Origin: Bispira polyomma
Taxonomy: Eukaryota
Direction of reading: 5' to 3'
Length of the DNA stretch: 64,000 bases
Assembly: GCA_965649765.1 (NCBI GenBank)
Contig: OZ287748.1
Span: forward strand, 67,704,001 to 67,768,000
Shown here: in pieces, positions 23,031 through 35,610 of the stretch
How the letters are laid out: each line of letters starts with the position of its first letter
Numbering within the stretch: position 1 is the stretch's first letter
Notes under the pieces: generated by a model
The model's database searches: none
Told to the model about the DNA's origin: nothing
What the model saw: the letters and a program-made list of their open reading frames with translations, nothing else
Translations under genes and position numbers: made by a program

Positions 23031-25729
23031 TTATTTCTTTTTTGAATTTTCCACACCAATATTAGACACGAAGTGAACAATTGCAGTTCATACATGCAAT
23101 ATAATACTTATATGTAATATCATATGATAAATGAATAACTTTGCTAAAGGCTGAAGTTTATTAAGAAATCCTCACTTAATTGTTAAAAAGTTTCAAATAT
23201 ATATATACATTTGATAACCATAATCCAGTTAAGGCCAACTCTCTTTTGATGTTCTCCCATGACCCTTCGTTGGGGGAGGTTACGCCGTGAACAGCCTGTT
23301 GACTCCCCTTCTCCCTCGTATATTTCCCCCTTCACCTCCCACAAATCCCCAGTCTCATTCAGGCATCCGAAAACAAAACGGTGACAATTTCCATCACTAA
23401 CATCTACTTCTGAGAAACAAAGACATAACCTAACATCACTAACCGCAACAAATCAAGACATATATCCCTTCACCCCCTTCCCCTATAAAAACCCTCATGA
23501 AAGGATAATCGTGACTTAGACTTTTGACTATTTTAAAACTTTTATCGAAGTTAAAACCTACTGTCACTAATCGCTACAGAGACGTCTGTGGTCCGTTGTG
23601 ACAGCTCTATGTCTAAATGCAAGATGAGTATCATACAACTATTTGAAGATCTTTCCAAGCCAGAAAGACAGTGTGTGGCGGCCTAGATTATTTTATTTAG
23701 CCGTACATTTAGAGACAGTACTCTAATGCCTGTACAGACAAAATTAGAGCTTTCAGCAAGGCTATCACATGAACACCATGATACACATGTTTTGTAATCC
23801 AATATCACTACAGGAAATCCTATTACAAAAGGAGGAAAATTAAAACTGGCTGCATCCAAAAATGACCCAATTCATTTTGTAAATAGGCAGATATTGTTCA
23901 CTTATTCAAATGGGATTTTATATGTTAGTTTATCTTCATCTATCCAGACACAAGATTGGACAGGAACTTATTTTGACCAATGTCTCTTTGATAAAGTGTC
24001 ATCTCTGTATCTTAGAATTCATTAACACAGAGATTAAGTCCTATTAAAGTTTGAGTTAGATCAGCAATGGGGTGTTAACCCTGGGTAAATACATTACATT
24101 CTTACACAATCTCGTGTCTTGCATTATAATATGATGACATAAATTGTGTTTATGGAAATTTAAAGGAAACAAGGATTTTATATTCAAAAACCCAATACGA
24201 AAGGGTTTTGGGGGCTTCTTAGTGAATCTGAAACATTATATTGACAATGTCAACAGCGAAGGTTTTTATGTACTAAATGGGCAGACAAAGAAGGAGGGTG
24301 GAATATAATATGGTTTCTGGCTTTTCTTAACTACGTTTTAGCTTAAACATCTTGATATATAACTTTTTCTAAACGTTTCCTTTTTGCTATACATGTACTT
24401 ATTTAATAGGTAGATATTTTAATCTACAACATACTTAATAATAAATTAAGATGAATCTTTTTGCACCCATACAAGAAAAAATATGTACAAACATGTGTTA
24501 AAACAGATTTAGAATTTATACTTTGTATGTATCAACCCCAATTTAAGATCCAGTCCCCACATACGTTACAGCAATTTCACACATTTTGTTGCATGTAAAG
24601 GTTTTATGTGGGGTTAAATAACATTTGCCATTGAAAGAGATGTAATTCCTATATGGCAATACTGATGTAATCGAGGTTCCTTGATTAGAAAAGACATAAT
24701 AGTTATAGATGTCAACCTTTCTAAGAAACATGCAGTGACATCTATTATCTCGAAAAAGTGTTTTTATAGTAAAAAAGGCTATAAAATTATTATAAAGATG
24801 ATCCCCTTTTCCCCCATATAATGACCTACCTTTTCAACAACAAAAAAGGCTGGCAGTATTGAACAAAAAGATGGGCGTGATGTATTTTGGGGAAATTAAG
24901 GTCATTCGATAGATTAGAATAGAGAGAATTATTTCTAAATAGTAGCTTGTTCTGTCTTTTTGTTGATATTTCACTGAATCTGTCAGGGATATTAACCGTT
25001 CTCCACATCTTAATGTGTCTTCCACACGCAAACAGTTATTTTAACAGACTGTTCATACACCACCCAAGAAAAATGGCACTCCCATTTTGCAAGTTTTTTT
25101 TTCTCAAATTACTCCATTTTGAAAAAAAAAAATCACCCTATTTAAACACTGTATTAAGTGTAAAAGTAGCCTAAAACTAAGTATTAATGTTTTTAATATA
25201 ATTATATTTTGTTTAAAATGTCAACGATTATGTCATGAATAATAAGGACATATTATGTCCGATTATAGAATTTTCTTAGAATGTAATTATTTTTTTTGTT
25301 ATTTAGAAAAAGAGGGGCTCAAGCTTTTGTCAGGCAGTGTATGGCCTTGCATAGGTAGACAATAGGGATATCCATTTTGCCCTTGCAAAGAAGGAAGGGA
25401 AGTTAACAAATAGCTAGATTTGGTTGTGAGATTGTTTTTAGCTGCTCACCTATAGGAAAAGAACGGTTGCATGGCACTTACATGGACTCAAATTAGTATA
25501 ATTATACTTTTAATGCAATTTGCGTTAATGGCAGGAATTGGATAATTTATTTTCATGGCAAATGGTGACACTGATGTATGTTTCTTTTCTATAAGTATAT
25601 TTAGTGTAAAGGAATAAACATTGTTCAGTTTTGTTGTCATATTTGAGAACACCCCTAAAATCAGGATTTATATGTAAATTAGTAAATTAGTCTTCCATCC
25701 CTGTTACTATTTTATTTATGTTAATATTT

Positions 25730-26298
25730 TTATATAATTTTTAATGTGCCTTGTTTAAGATAAGCATCTTCTAAATTGCACCATCACGATCCTAATAGAT
25801 GAACAATTAGTAATCATACAGTAAGCAATAGTGTGTTCATGTATCCTCTGGGGGTGGTACCAGGGGGAGTATTTACTAACATGGATCAAGATCAAATCAA
25901 GATCAGGTTAAATTTAAGAAAAATGTTTCAAGTGATCCATGGATCCAATCAGTATTGACAAAGCAAGCAATCACTTGATAAGAAAATATCAAATATATAT
26001 TAATTGGTATTTTTTTGTATTCTTTTTCTTTCCTCAAACGTCTCCTGTCAGCCATATTTGATCTATGCTAATCCAAATGTAATCCAACACCTTGGCTGGA
26101 TCAAAGTTAATCCATTTTTTGATAAAAAAAAAAGTTTTGTGAATACAAACTTCATCTGATCCAAAAATGTTAATCTATTTTTTTCTCAAATTTGATCTGA
26201 TCTTGATTTGATACCTTTCGTAAATACCACCCATGAAGTAGAACTGGGAACCTTCTGATCACCAGACCAACTCCTTAACCACTAGGACATGGGAGACT
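25730..26298 (-). mobile_element. SINE family B split by a MITE (head 26238-26298, MITE 25851-26232, tail 25730-25850)
   Basis: The head is nearly identical to the 16279 head and the tail contains gcatcttctaaattgca. The interposed segment has imperfect TIRs ggg..gtatttac..atcaaatcaagatcag / ctgatcttgatttgat..gtaaataccaccc. Confidence 0.7.
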
Positions 26299-27059
26299 AC
26301 TATATGAGATATTGTCACCCAAGACAACACCTCAAAGATGTTGTCTTTTAATTAAAGTTGGGTAATATTTATCTGCAACTTCGTCTTAGTGGGTAACACA
26401 CTCACTAAGAAACATAAAAGACCTTGGTTCGATCTCAATCAGGGGGCTCACGGGTATGGGCAGATACTCATAGTGGTTCGGATGACTACTTAAAATGGCA
26501 GGTTCAGGAATAGTCATTCACATCCTTTATCTGTCTTGGATGAATGAATCTTTGAATCGATAGAACTCAGGGAGGAACTGTGTAAGTAGAGTATAACTAT
26601 GGGTTGGGGTACTTGCTTCAGACAAGGAAATTTGAATAATTTAGATTTTATAGGGGTGGCATTTGTCTGAAGTTTCTCTTTTGGTGTAGCTAACTTTTAA
26701 TACAATCCAACTGCATTCAATTTGGCTTAGTTTTATAATCACTGTAGTTTTCTTTTAATGGTTTAACCATATCCATGGACCAGACCTTATATACATGTAT
26801 ATTATGTAGGTTCTATGATTGAATAAAAACTTGTATAAACATATAATTATATATTTAATTTCCATATCAATCAACATATTCATTACCAATCTAACTGTGA
26901 CGAATTATACAAACAGGTATTATAAATTTAAAAAGCATGAACAAGTTTTAATCTTTTTAAAGAAATAAAGTTTTTGCTACCTTGTTCTACAAATAAATGT
27001 AAAAAGAAACATGTCATTGGTTTATTTGATAGATAAAATATTTCGTTTTGTTTTCAGGG

Positions 27060-27510
27060 TCAGAGGAGGTTGTTCTACATATCCATTAGCTTCACTTTGT
27101 GCCTGTGGCGAGTTTTGAGAGTTGGATGGTGTTCAAGTATGTCTTGTCATCACTGCTTATGGAGACAGTCACTGCCTGACAATGATATCACAGGTGTCTT
27201 AGAAGAACTCCTAGGCCATACCATCATGATTAGGAATTCATGGCTTATATCTGAAACCCCGGTGTAACACGAATTAATGCATTCCCCTAAAATAGTGTAT
27301 CCCCCCTCTGTTGACCTATTTGCGGGATACACTATTTCTCTGCAATATTTTGTACCCAATAACAATAGGAGGGTTAAGACAACCTTAAATAGCCTTGACT
27401 GGCCCTATAGAGAACCGAGGAAGAAACTCAGGATCACCCTGATGATACGACTGAGTGGCAGATATTTTGGACATGCTCGACCGTGTAAACCCTACTGTCT
27501 GATGGTAGCG
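27060..27510 (+). mobile_element. RTE-like LINE remnant interrupted by a palindromic insert
   Basis: FESW, YHRCLRR-LLG (about 27120-27215) and RYFGHAR (about 27460) resemble RTE ORF C-terminal motifs. Confidence 0.45.
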
Positions 27511-30500
27511 GACGCGGGAGGCGAGCGAGTGTATGTTAAACCTAACTTAGGATTTGGCCAATCCTAAAATGGACTATAGCCAAATTTAGGTTAGTTTCTT
27601 AAGTTTGGGCTGCCTATCTTAAGGGGGGTCATGGTTCTCTAGCCTATCTTAAGATAGGCCAGAAAAAATAGCCAAACTTAAGATTGGATTAAATGATTGG
27701 ACTATGTACCGCCTACATTATCACCAATGTGTGACCGGGGCATAATCAACCGAGCAATGTATACAATCACAAACATTACCTCCTAATTAAATATTTTTTG
27801 AAAACAGATGGAGATTTAAACAAATAACACAACATGACTGACGACATGATCCTAAAAATGGAGGCTAGAAAGAATATAAATAACAAAAAGAAAAGAAAAA
27901 TCTTCAGTGACATTTTTAAAGGTAACTGAACGGTGCTTAATGTAATTCCATCCAAAGTTTACTCTTATTGAGCATCAATTTATAGATTATGATTTCGGCA
28001 TCATAAACACCTCATTGTAAAACATCATCATTGTAAAACATCAGTCCAGAATGCCAATCAAATACTTGAGTAGAAATTGACTAGTCTTCGTTCCTCAATA
28101 GATCCCTGTTAAAGTCACTTCTTTTCTCACAGTTCACATAGAGATCTATCTGTGTCGAGTCTTGATTTACTCTAATTACATGCAGTGATGACCATACAAG
28201 AACATTGATGGCATTATTACCTTTTGCCTCCTAATCATCTCACCCAATCTTTGATCTCTGAATAGAAGAAAGCACACAGATGACCTAATGTGAAAATAAA
28301 AAGTCACACATAGAGAGGCCCTCTGTGTGTGTACAGACACAAGAGCAAAAGACATATTGAAGAGATGCAACTGTAATCTACTTGTCACCAGAGGCATTAA
28401 CTCAATCTAAATAAGATTTCTAAATGCTACCTTAAGTTAAGGTTACCATTAACTAGTTGTATAGCATTATAATCTTACTTATATTTTAGCACTTCGATTT
28501 TAGGTTTGTGTGTTTTAAATAATTAAATTTATTCCACAAAACTAAAAAATGTTTATCAATAGTTGAATATATGTCTAATGTCTAGATGCGAACATTTTTT
28601 TGTGTATTTTTAATAAATAAAAGGTGGTGAAACTAAACTCTGCCTTAACCTACATATACACACATTCTAAAATGATTTACAATATTGAAAATCCCATTAA
28701 ATTAAGAAGTCCAAATGTTTCATCCCCCTCTTTTATCTATTCATACTATGACAAAGCTAATGACTGTTCCTCGATGGTCGTTTTTAGAAGAAGAAGAAGA
28801 AGAAAAATAAGAAACCATTTTTCTGTGAAGAAGGACCTTTTTCCCACCTGATAACCATAGGGCAATTATCTGTGGTGTATATATCTTCATCTAAACTACC
28901 TTTATCTATGCGAGAAAGAGAGACAAGAAAAAAATATAGATCACCCCGAGGACTTTTGTGTGAAGTGATTCGTGTGTGTGAGTTTTAGCATGTACCTCTA
29001 AGAGAACACTTCCCGCCTAAAGCTGTGTATGTGTATTTTTTTGTCTTTTCTCACAAAGCTTTCTTTCTTTCTAATTTTTCTCAGTTTTGGCATCTTAATG
29101 TTAGGTGACTCTAGGTCTGGTAATATTAAGTAATCATTTGAAACCAAAAATAATGACAGGGTTTTTCTTCATGCTTTGGTGTAGTAATGAATTCAAACTT
29201 TAAAAGGTCATCTCCAGCAGACGACTTTTCACACCATTTCCGGGCTTTTGGGGTTTATTTGTTAACTATCCATTCTATTGTATGTTTTTGATTTTGTAAC
29301 TGTGCTATTTGTTATTAAAGACAGTCTGTCTATTATTTATACCACAAACATTCAATCACTCATGTAAAAAATCTTCACAAGTTTATTATTGTTTGACACA
29401 ATTAAACCTAGTGAACAGCCTACAAGAGTTTACTTAAGAACATTACAGATGGCGGCCCCCCAAAAACAACAACCCCCAAATGTTCAACATGCATAATAAA
29501 TACTGTTACATTGCAAAAAGATACATGCAATTATTACATTGTACATTTTTTGTTACTTTCCCTTTGATTAATAATATCAAGTGGGTGTCCATAACATTAG
29601 ACATACCAAAATATGTGTGTTTAAAATGATTATTAGAAGAACTCCACCAGTTGTAGTTGTGTCATGAAAAAAAGGTTTTAAAAATCTTTCAGTTCTAATA
29701 CATTTTTATGATATCAGGCTCACTTGTGACTTATGCAACAGACACATATACAGACACATCTACGTGACATTACACCCCGACACATTCTTCACTGTAGCCA
29801 ATCATTAGGTTAAGTTGAGGTTCAGAAGAATATCAAATTAAATTAAGTCAACTTAAGACGACAAATACAACCACATAGTGTGGTTTGTTTATTTATTTCA
29901 GTACATATATATCTATATTTATTTACAAATATACAGACATGGAATAATATATATATTTATATTAGTTTACTCACCCTTTTGCCTTAAGACCTGAGTTTAA
30001 AGTATGACATAAAACACAAGAAGGCTTTAATATCACCTTATCTTAATGACTATAATGTTTTTACTCTCCCCCTTCTCAATCTTTTGACAAAGTTTTTTTT
30101 TTAAACTTTGCTTCAAGAGTGGCTGTCATACATCTCATGAAATGTTTGTGTAATGTCTCTAGGGCTGTCAGAGTATCAGCCTGGTACAGAGACCCAATTA
30201 AGGATGCTCATGAATAGCTCATGAATAGTCACCACAAACAAACCATAAACCAGGTCCTGTAATAACAGAGTAAGAGAAGTTTGTTGTTGAAACATCATTC
30301 ATTATTTTTATTCCTTCTTTAGACTCTATTCCTGTTTGTTTTAAAAAAAATGTTAAAAGTCTCTATTATGACTTCAGAGCCAGGGGTACAAAGGAGACAG
30401 TGGTTTTTTTTTTTTTTGTTTTATGTAAAGTGTTGTTCAGTGTATAGTGTAAATCAGGTTATGATATGGGTGTCAGGAAGAGCCCTTTATGATTGTCATA

Positions 30501-30675
30501 TAATGTATTATCATTAGCAAGCAAGTTTGTCATCTAGCCTTTACCAAGGCTTTAACATTTTAGTGATTTTTTTTTTTTGTATTACTACTTCCTTTTAGGA
30601 CACAATTTATCCATATAAGCTTTTTATCTTGGAAAGTATTAAAAATTCACAAGTTTCCTTCGAATGGCTGGGTGA

Positions 30676-31270
30676 GACTGAGTACGTTTGGGTTTATTTT
30701 GTTCATGATTGAATGAAACGAAAATAAATGAAGTAAAATTGGGGAAATGTAACAAAAATTTATATCTGAGACGTTTTCTTCATGAATTCATAACATTTGG
30801 GTAGCCGTTTCAACTATGTTTGTGACATTAGCCACGTTTTTTTTCTATACATTTTGATAGTTTTATACAATTACATCACGCATTTCATTACATTTTAATC
30901 TGGTTTGCCACATTTCAAATACGCTTTAAACGTTTCTCTTAATTACATCTTTGACGTTTCTGGTACATTTTAATGATGTTTTAGACATATATTACATCTT
31001 AATGCCGTCTTTTACATTCATATACATGGTGATAAAGTGTCAGACATGACATACATTTTCCCACAACACAGTAAACGTTTCAGTGGAGATTGTCAAAAAC
31101 GGCTTTAAATGTAGTTTATTTTTGTGCTGCTCGAAATAATGAATTTTTTGCAATTACATTGCAAATGCAAGCATATGCTTCCCTAAGCATAATAGGTTTA
31201 TTACGCAAATAATTACGTTTCATCTCCCGTTTCTTATTTTTTTTTGCGTTATCGAAACGGAAGCCCAGTG
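30676..31270. mobile_element. MITE with (C)ACTG...CAGTG termini (copy 2), possible 3-bp TSD tga
   Basis: Starts actgagtacgttt, ends cccagtg, contains an array of ac(g/a)ttt with roughly 10-bp period, and has tga on both flanks. Confidence 0.55.
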
Positions 31271-32837
31271 TGACTGAGCAATAAAAGGCTTAGAGAACTG
31301 TAACGGTTGCCTAGTCTTTTGATCTGGAGAACCGTATTTTGCGGTTCTCAAGCGTCAGCATAAAAAATAACTTTTTACTCTATCAATTATGCAAGAATAT
31401 CTTGTGTAAACAGAATTTGATAAAATTAACTAATATACATCAATACTATTTTTTTTTAAGTCTAGACAAGGCTAATATGTGTATCCAACCAGAATTAGTA
31501 TGTCAAAATAGGTGTTATATGTTGTCAAGACGGGACAATCTGTTGTGCTTTTAATTAGAAAGGTTAAATGGTTATGGCCTAACCAAAATGAAGTCTGTAA
31601 TCTAATAGTTAAATTAGTTGAAAGCAATTTAACCTGAATAAAAAACATAACCCTGAATAAAAGTAAAGCTTCTGGATACATTGTTTTTGAATGTTGTGAA
31701 AATAATTGTGAAGATGACACGTTGGATTCATTTGAGTCATTTTTGTTATGCTTACAAATACATCCATAATTTACCCATATGCAATAGTTTCACAGAAATT
31801 TTTTTGTTATGCTTCTCTATTTACTATTCGTTAAATAAATTGGTGTGCATCTGATTAATTTGGACATGTTTTCTTATCATCGAAATATATTTTACCATAA
31901 CCTTAGTATACCCCTCTACAATTTTTGGCTTATTTGAGAAGGTAACTATTGAACTGAACTCACTAATAACAATCATCAGCTAACATAATACTGAAAATGC
32001 TTCATAATATTTCCTTTGTTCTAAAACTTAACAATGTATTAATTCACAAAATTATGATAATGTAATGAAGAATAAAACCACAGAAATGTACGTTAATATC
32101 CGAAAGCATTAGTCACGCCATCACGAAAGATTTGAAATGTTCAAAAGGGATGAATGCTCATTCATAAGGATTTTTGTGGGGTCTACGTCTTGATTCGTTT
32201 CAAAATGTTTCTCATCTGTAGCATTTAGTGAATATTCATTGTGCTTGGTAATGTATTAGTGGGTGTTTGTTATTGCCCGTCTGTCTTTTTTTCTCGTTAA
32301 TGAGTATTAGTGAAGGTACATGTCATTTCTACGGCCTGGACGTCACTGTTTCGTTTCTAACTTGCCTCACCTTTGTGGCAGTGCAGCTTAGATGAGATTT
32401 TTGGGAGGTATGTGGGGGGGGGGGGAGATATATGTAGTGTAATAGCCCATTTGTAGCATAACTTCCTGCAACGAAGGGTCACGGATGCACGTCCAAATGA
32501 GACCAGGCCTTTAGTAAAAATGTAAAAATTCCTACATCATTAAAACTTAGTCGTTTTATGTACAGGTGAGGGTTAAATAAACCAGTAAATTAAATATTAC
32601 TGTCTGGATCTAATATTTGGGGGTGGACATTCTTAGAAGTCAGTGGGTAGTTATAACAAGTAAAACTATTCCAGGTTGATGTAATATAATTTATGCTTAT
32701 CTAAATGTGGACATCTATTCAATAAAATGTTATAATCTAAATGAGATATTATTATAAATATGAACTTAAGCCTTAAACAAGGCTACTAAGGTACGTTAAT
32801 ATCGCAAAAGGTGTTTAGATAAATAGTAAAAACCCGG

Positions 32838-33336
32838 GTCTGGCATGTTTTCACGGTCTAAAAAGTCAACATCTTTGCTGTAAAATATATCATTATAGTA
32901 CATAAAATAAGTCATAAGTAAATTTTAATTATGTGGGATATGTTAAGACTATTAAAATTCAAATCTAGTTTAATAAACACACAATGTAGTGGCTTTTATT
33001 AAAAGGTTATTAATGTATTTTTCGTGACAAGAACAATCATTTCCTGTCTTTAACATAGCCTAAAACATCATTATTGTTATTTAATGTTCAGTGGATAAGT
33101 CTGGCATGTTTTTACAGTGTGAAAAGTCAACATGTTTGCTATAAAATCCTAATAAATTTTGATCATGTTGATTATATCAAGAGTATTGAAAATTACAATC
33201 TAGTTTAACAAACAAATGGACAATAGTGACTTTTATTTACAGGTTACTAATGTATTTTTTTGTGACAAGAAGAATCATTTCCTGTCTTTAACATTGTCAA
33301 AAACATCATTATTGTTATTTTTAATGTCCAGTGCAT
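32838..33336 (+). repeat. Diverged tandem duplication, about 260-bp period
   Basis: gtctggcatgtttt...aaagtcaacat...gtgacaagaa.aatcatttcctgtctttaacat at 32838 and 33099. Confidence 0.85.
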
Positions 33337-34794
33337 TATTATAAGGCAGTGTCATATAGACTTGGCACAATTAAACACTGAACACTTCAGAATTGTGTAC
33401 ATTATTAGTAATTCGATAATTACCACTACTGACTACTTTTCACACCTTTTGCTGTGACACCAGCAAAACAGAGTTTATAGTGTATTATGTTTCTATGTAT
33501 ATTCTATAGAAAATCCATCATCTACAAAATACATATATATCCCCAGATACTAAATCCCATTTGTTTTTTGTTGTTATTGCTATTTGTTTTGTTCACAAGA
33601 AACAAAAACACCTATTTTATTGAGAATACACACATCTCCCATTGTATATTATTATATTATATTATATTATATATATATAATGTCAATTCTCCACCCTCCC
33701 CTCTTGCTTTTGTTTATTATTATCTGTTGTGCCCACAACCTGGCACGTCTGAAATAATTTATAAAAACAAATCCCCATCTTCAGCAAACCTTAAAGGCAA
33801 AATGCCATAAAACTCCAATTTCACAAATTACACCTTTCCATAATTGGGGTTTTACCCTCTTCTTTTTTTTTTTTTAACAGAGCAGAGATATAGAAATAGA
33901 GAAAACAAAGGTTGTGAAGAGAATATGACTAAAAAGAGACACCCAAAAGAAAAAGAGGGAGCTCCTACAGGGAACTCATCATTTTTAGTGACTGTAATTA
34001 TGGCTTTTTCCATGTGTGTCTCTCTATAAGTGCTATTGAAATAAAAAATATTTCTAGCCCATGCTAATGTACTCAGGTATGGCTATCAATACATTATCTG
34101 CAGATGTGTGCCTTATACAAAAACACAATTCTAGACTTCTCTCCTATTTTAGCTTGTTGAGTGAGTCACCCCAAAGCCTTTTACATGTCATATTCTTTAA
34201 TGATTTTGGTCTTTTGTTGAGTTTAAGTTTTGTCTTTATTTGTTACTTTAAGTTCTATATTACCATGCATATGTAAATTTTCCCTTTTTTTATATATTGT
34301 GACCTAACTACAAAAAATGTATTATGTAAATAATCAGAAATCTAAATTACACTAAAAAACATTGACTTTATATGTTTACATATTTCTACCTTGAGTTTAA
34401 GATTAACCTTAAATTGTAGATAGAGATCTTTTTAAGTATCACATATCCTCTAGTCTGGTGACATTTGAGTTTCTGTAATTATCCTGTCAGATACGACTTA
34501 TACAGACAACACTGGTCGGGGTTTGTGTAACTTCTTTATGACAGAAGCCTGTCTTTTATCAAGCCAGCCCCTTTTTTACTCTAACTTGTCAAGTTTGACT
34601 GTGATCGATTTGTAAATTTCAGATTTTATAAATGGTATTTCATTTAATATACCTGATGATAAAGAGTGTCATATTTTTGCCAACTAATAATATATCTAGG
34701 CATTAGTTAATAAAACTAGGGCCTTTTGTAACTATGTCGAGTTCATATTTGCAAGAATAAAATACATCACTGGAGTAATAGATTTTCTGTTTCC

Positions 34795-35070
34795 TTTGTT
34801 AAATCCACCAACAAGGTTTGATCCAGAGCTTTCTCCAAAGTAGACCCATGTTATAGAACAGTTTCCCAGTCACTAGGAACACTTTCTGCAAAAAACTTTA
34901 AAACCTATATTTTCAAGGTCACTTATCCCCGTTAATTCCCTCCTGTACACCCCCACATTCTTCCTTACTATCTCACTATATTTCTCGACAACATGATCGG
35001 TTACAGATTCTACGCCTTAGAAGATGCCTAGCTTCAATAAAGTGTGTTTTAAATGCATAACACTAATATT
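34795..35070 (+). mobile_element. L2 LINE 3' end
   Basis: RAFSKVDP..NSFP..FKTYIFK..Y, followed by the tail ccttagaagatgcctagcttcaataaag. Confidence 0.65.
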
Positions 35071-35079
35071 ACTGCTTTA

Positions 35080-35610
35080 TGCCTAGGTCACACCTTCACA
35101 TACGATTATAGCAATCCGGATATCTCAAAAAATTTAAATGTGACATTTAAAATTGTCGCCCAGACATGATCATATTTATTTAAAATGTCAATACTGATGC
35201 CTAATTTTCATAGGGCAAAGTATGAAATGATATTACCACACTCTAGCAATGAACGAAGCCTAGAAGATGAAATAAAATCCCTCATGTTCAATCTTTAAGC
35301 TTGGGACAACGTTGTAACTTTACGAAGCAGTTCGGCTGTAATTGGAAATATACAGATCAAAACATTTCATAATCATCATCAGAGGGGCTCTTTGTTTAAT
35401 AAACAGTTTATAATCCTACCGTTTAAGGCAGTACTCTGTGTCTGGTTGGTGCAAGGTTGATGGTTGCATTAAAGTATAGCATGTTTCGGCTTATACCATA
35501 GAGGTTTTTAACAGTTGCTCACATGTTAAGAGGTACATTCTCAAAACCATTTGCTATGACTTAAAATGAGGTGTAAATGTAATGTCAAACTAAAAACATG
35601 TGACCTAGTA
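35080..35610. mobile_element. PIF/Harbinger-like MITE related to 18694
   Basis: ttatgcctaggtcaca ... tgtgacctag termini (10-bp perfect IR). Confidence 0.55.

Noticed and set aside
27436-27500. Hammerhead ribozyme core CTGATGA (also near 34653, 58308, 61008)
   Set aside because: No correctly placed GAAA or flanking stems.
30676-31270. CRISPR-like or regularly spaced repeat array
   Set aside because: Degenerate subrepeats of about 10 bp within a MITE; no constant repeat-spacer structure, and the context is eukaryotic.
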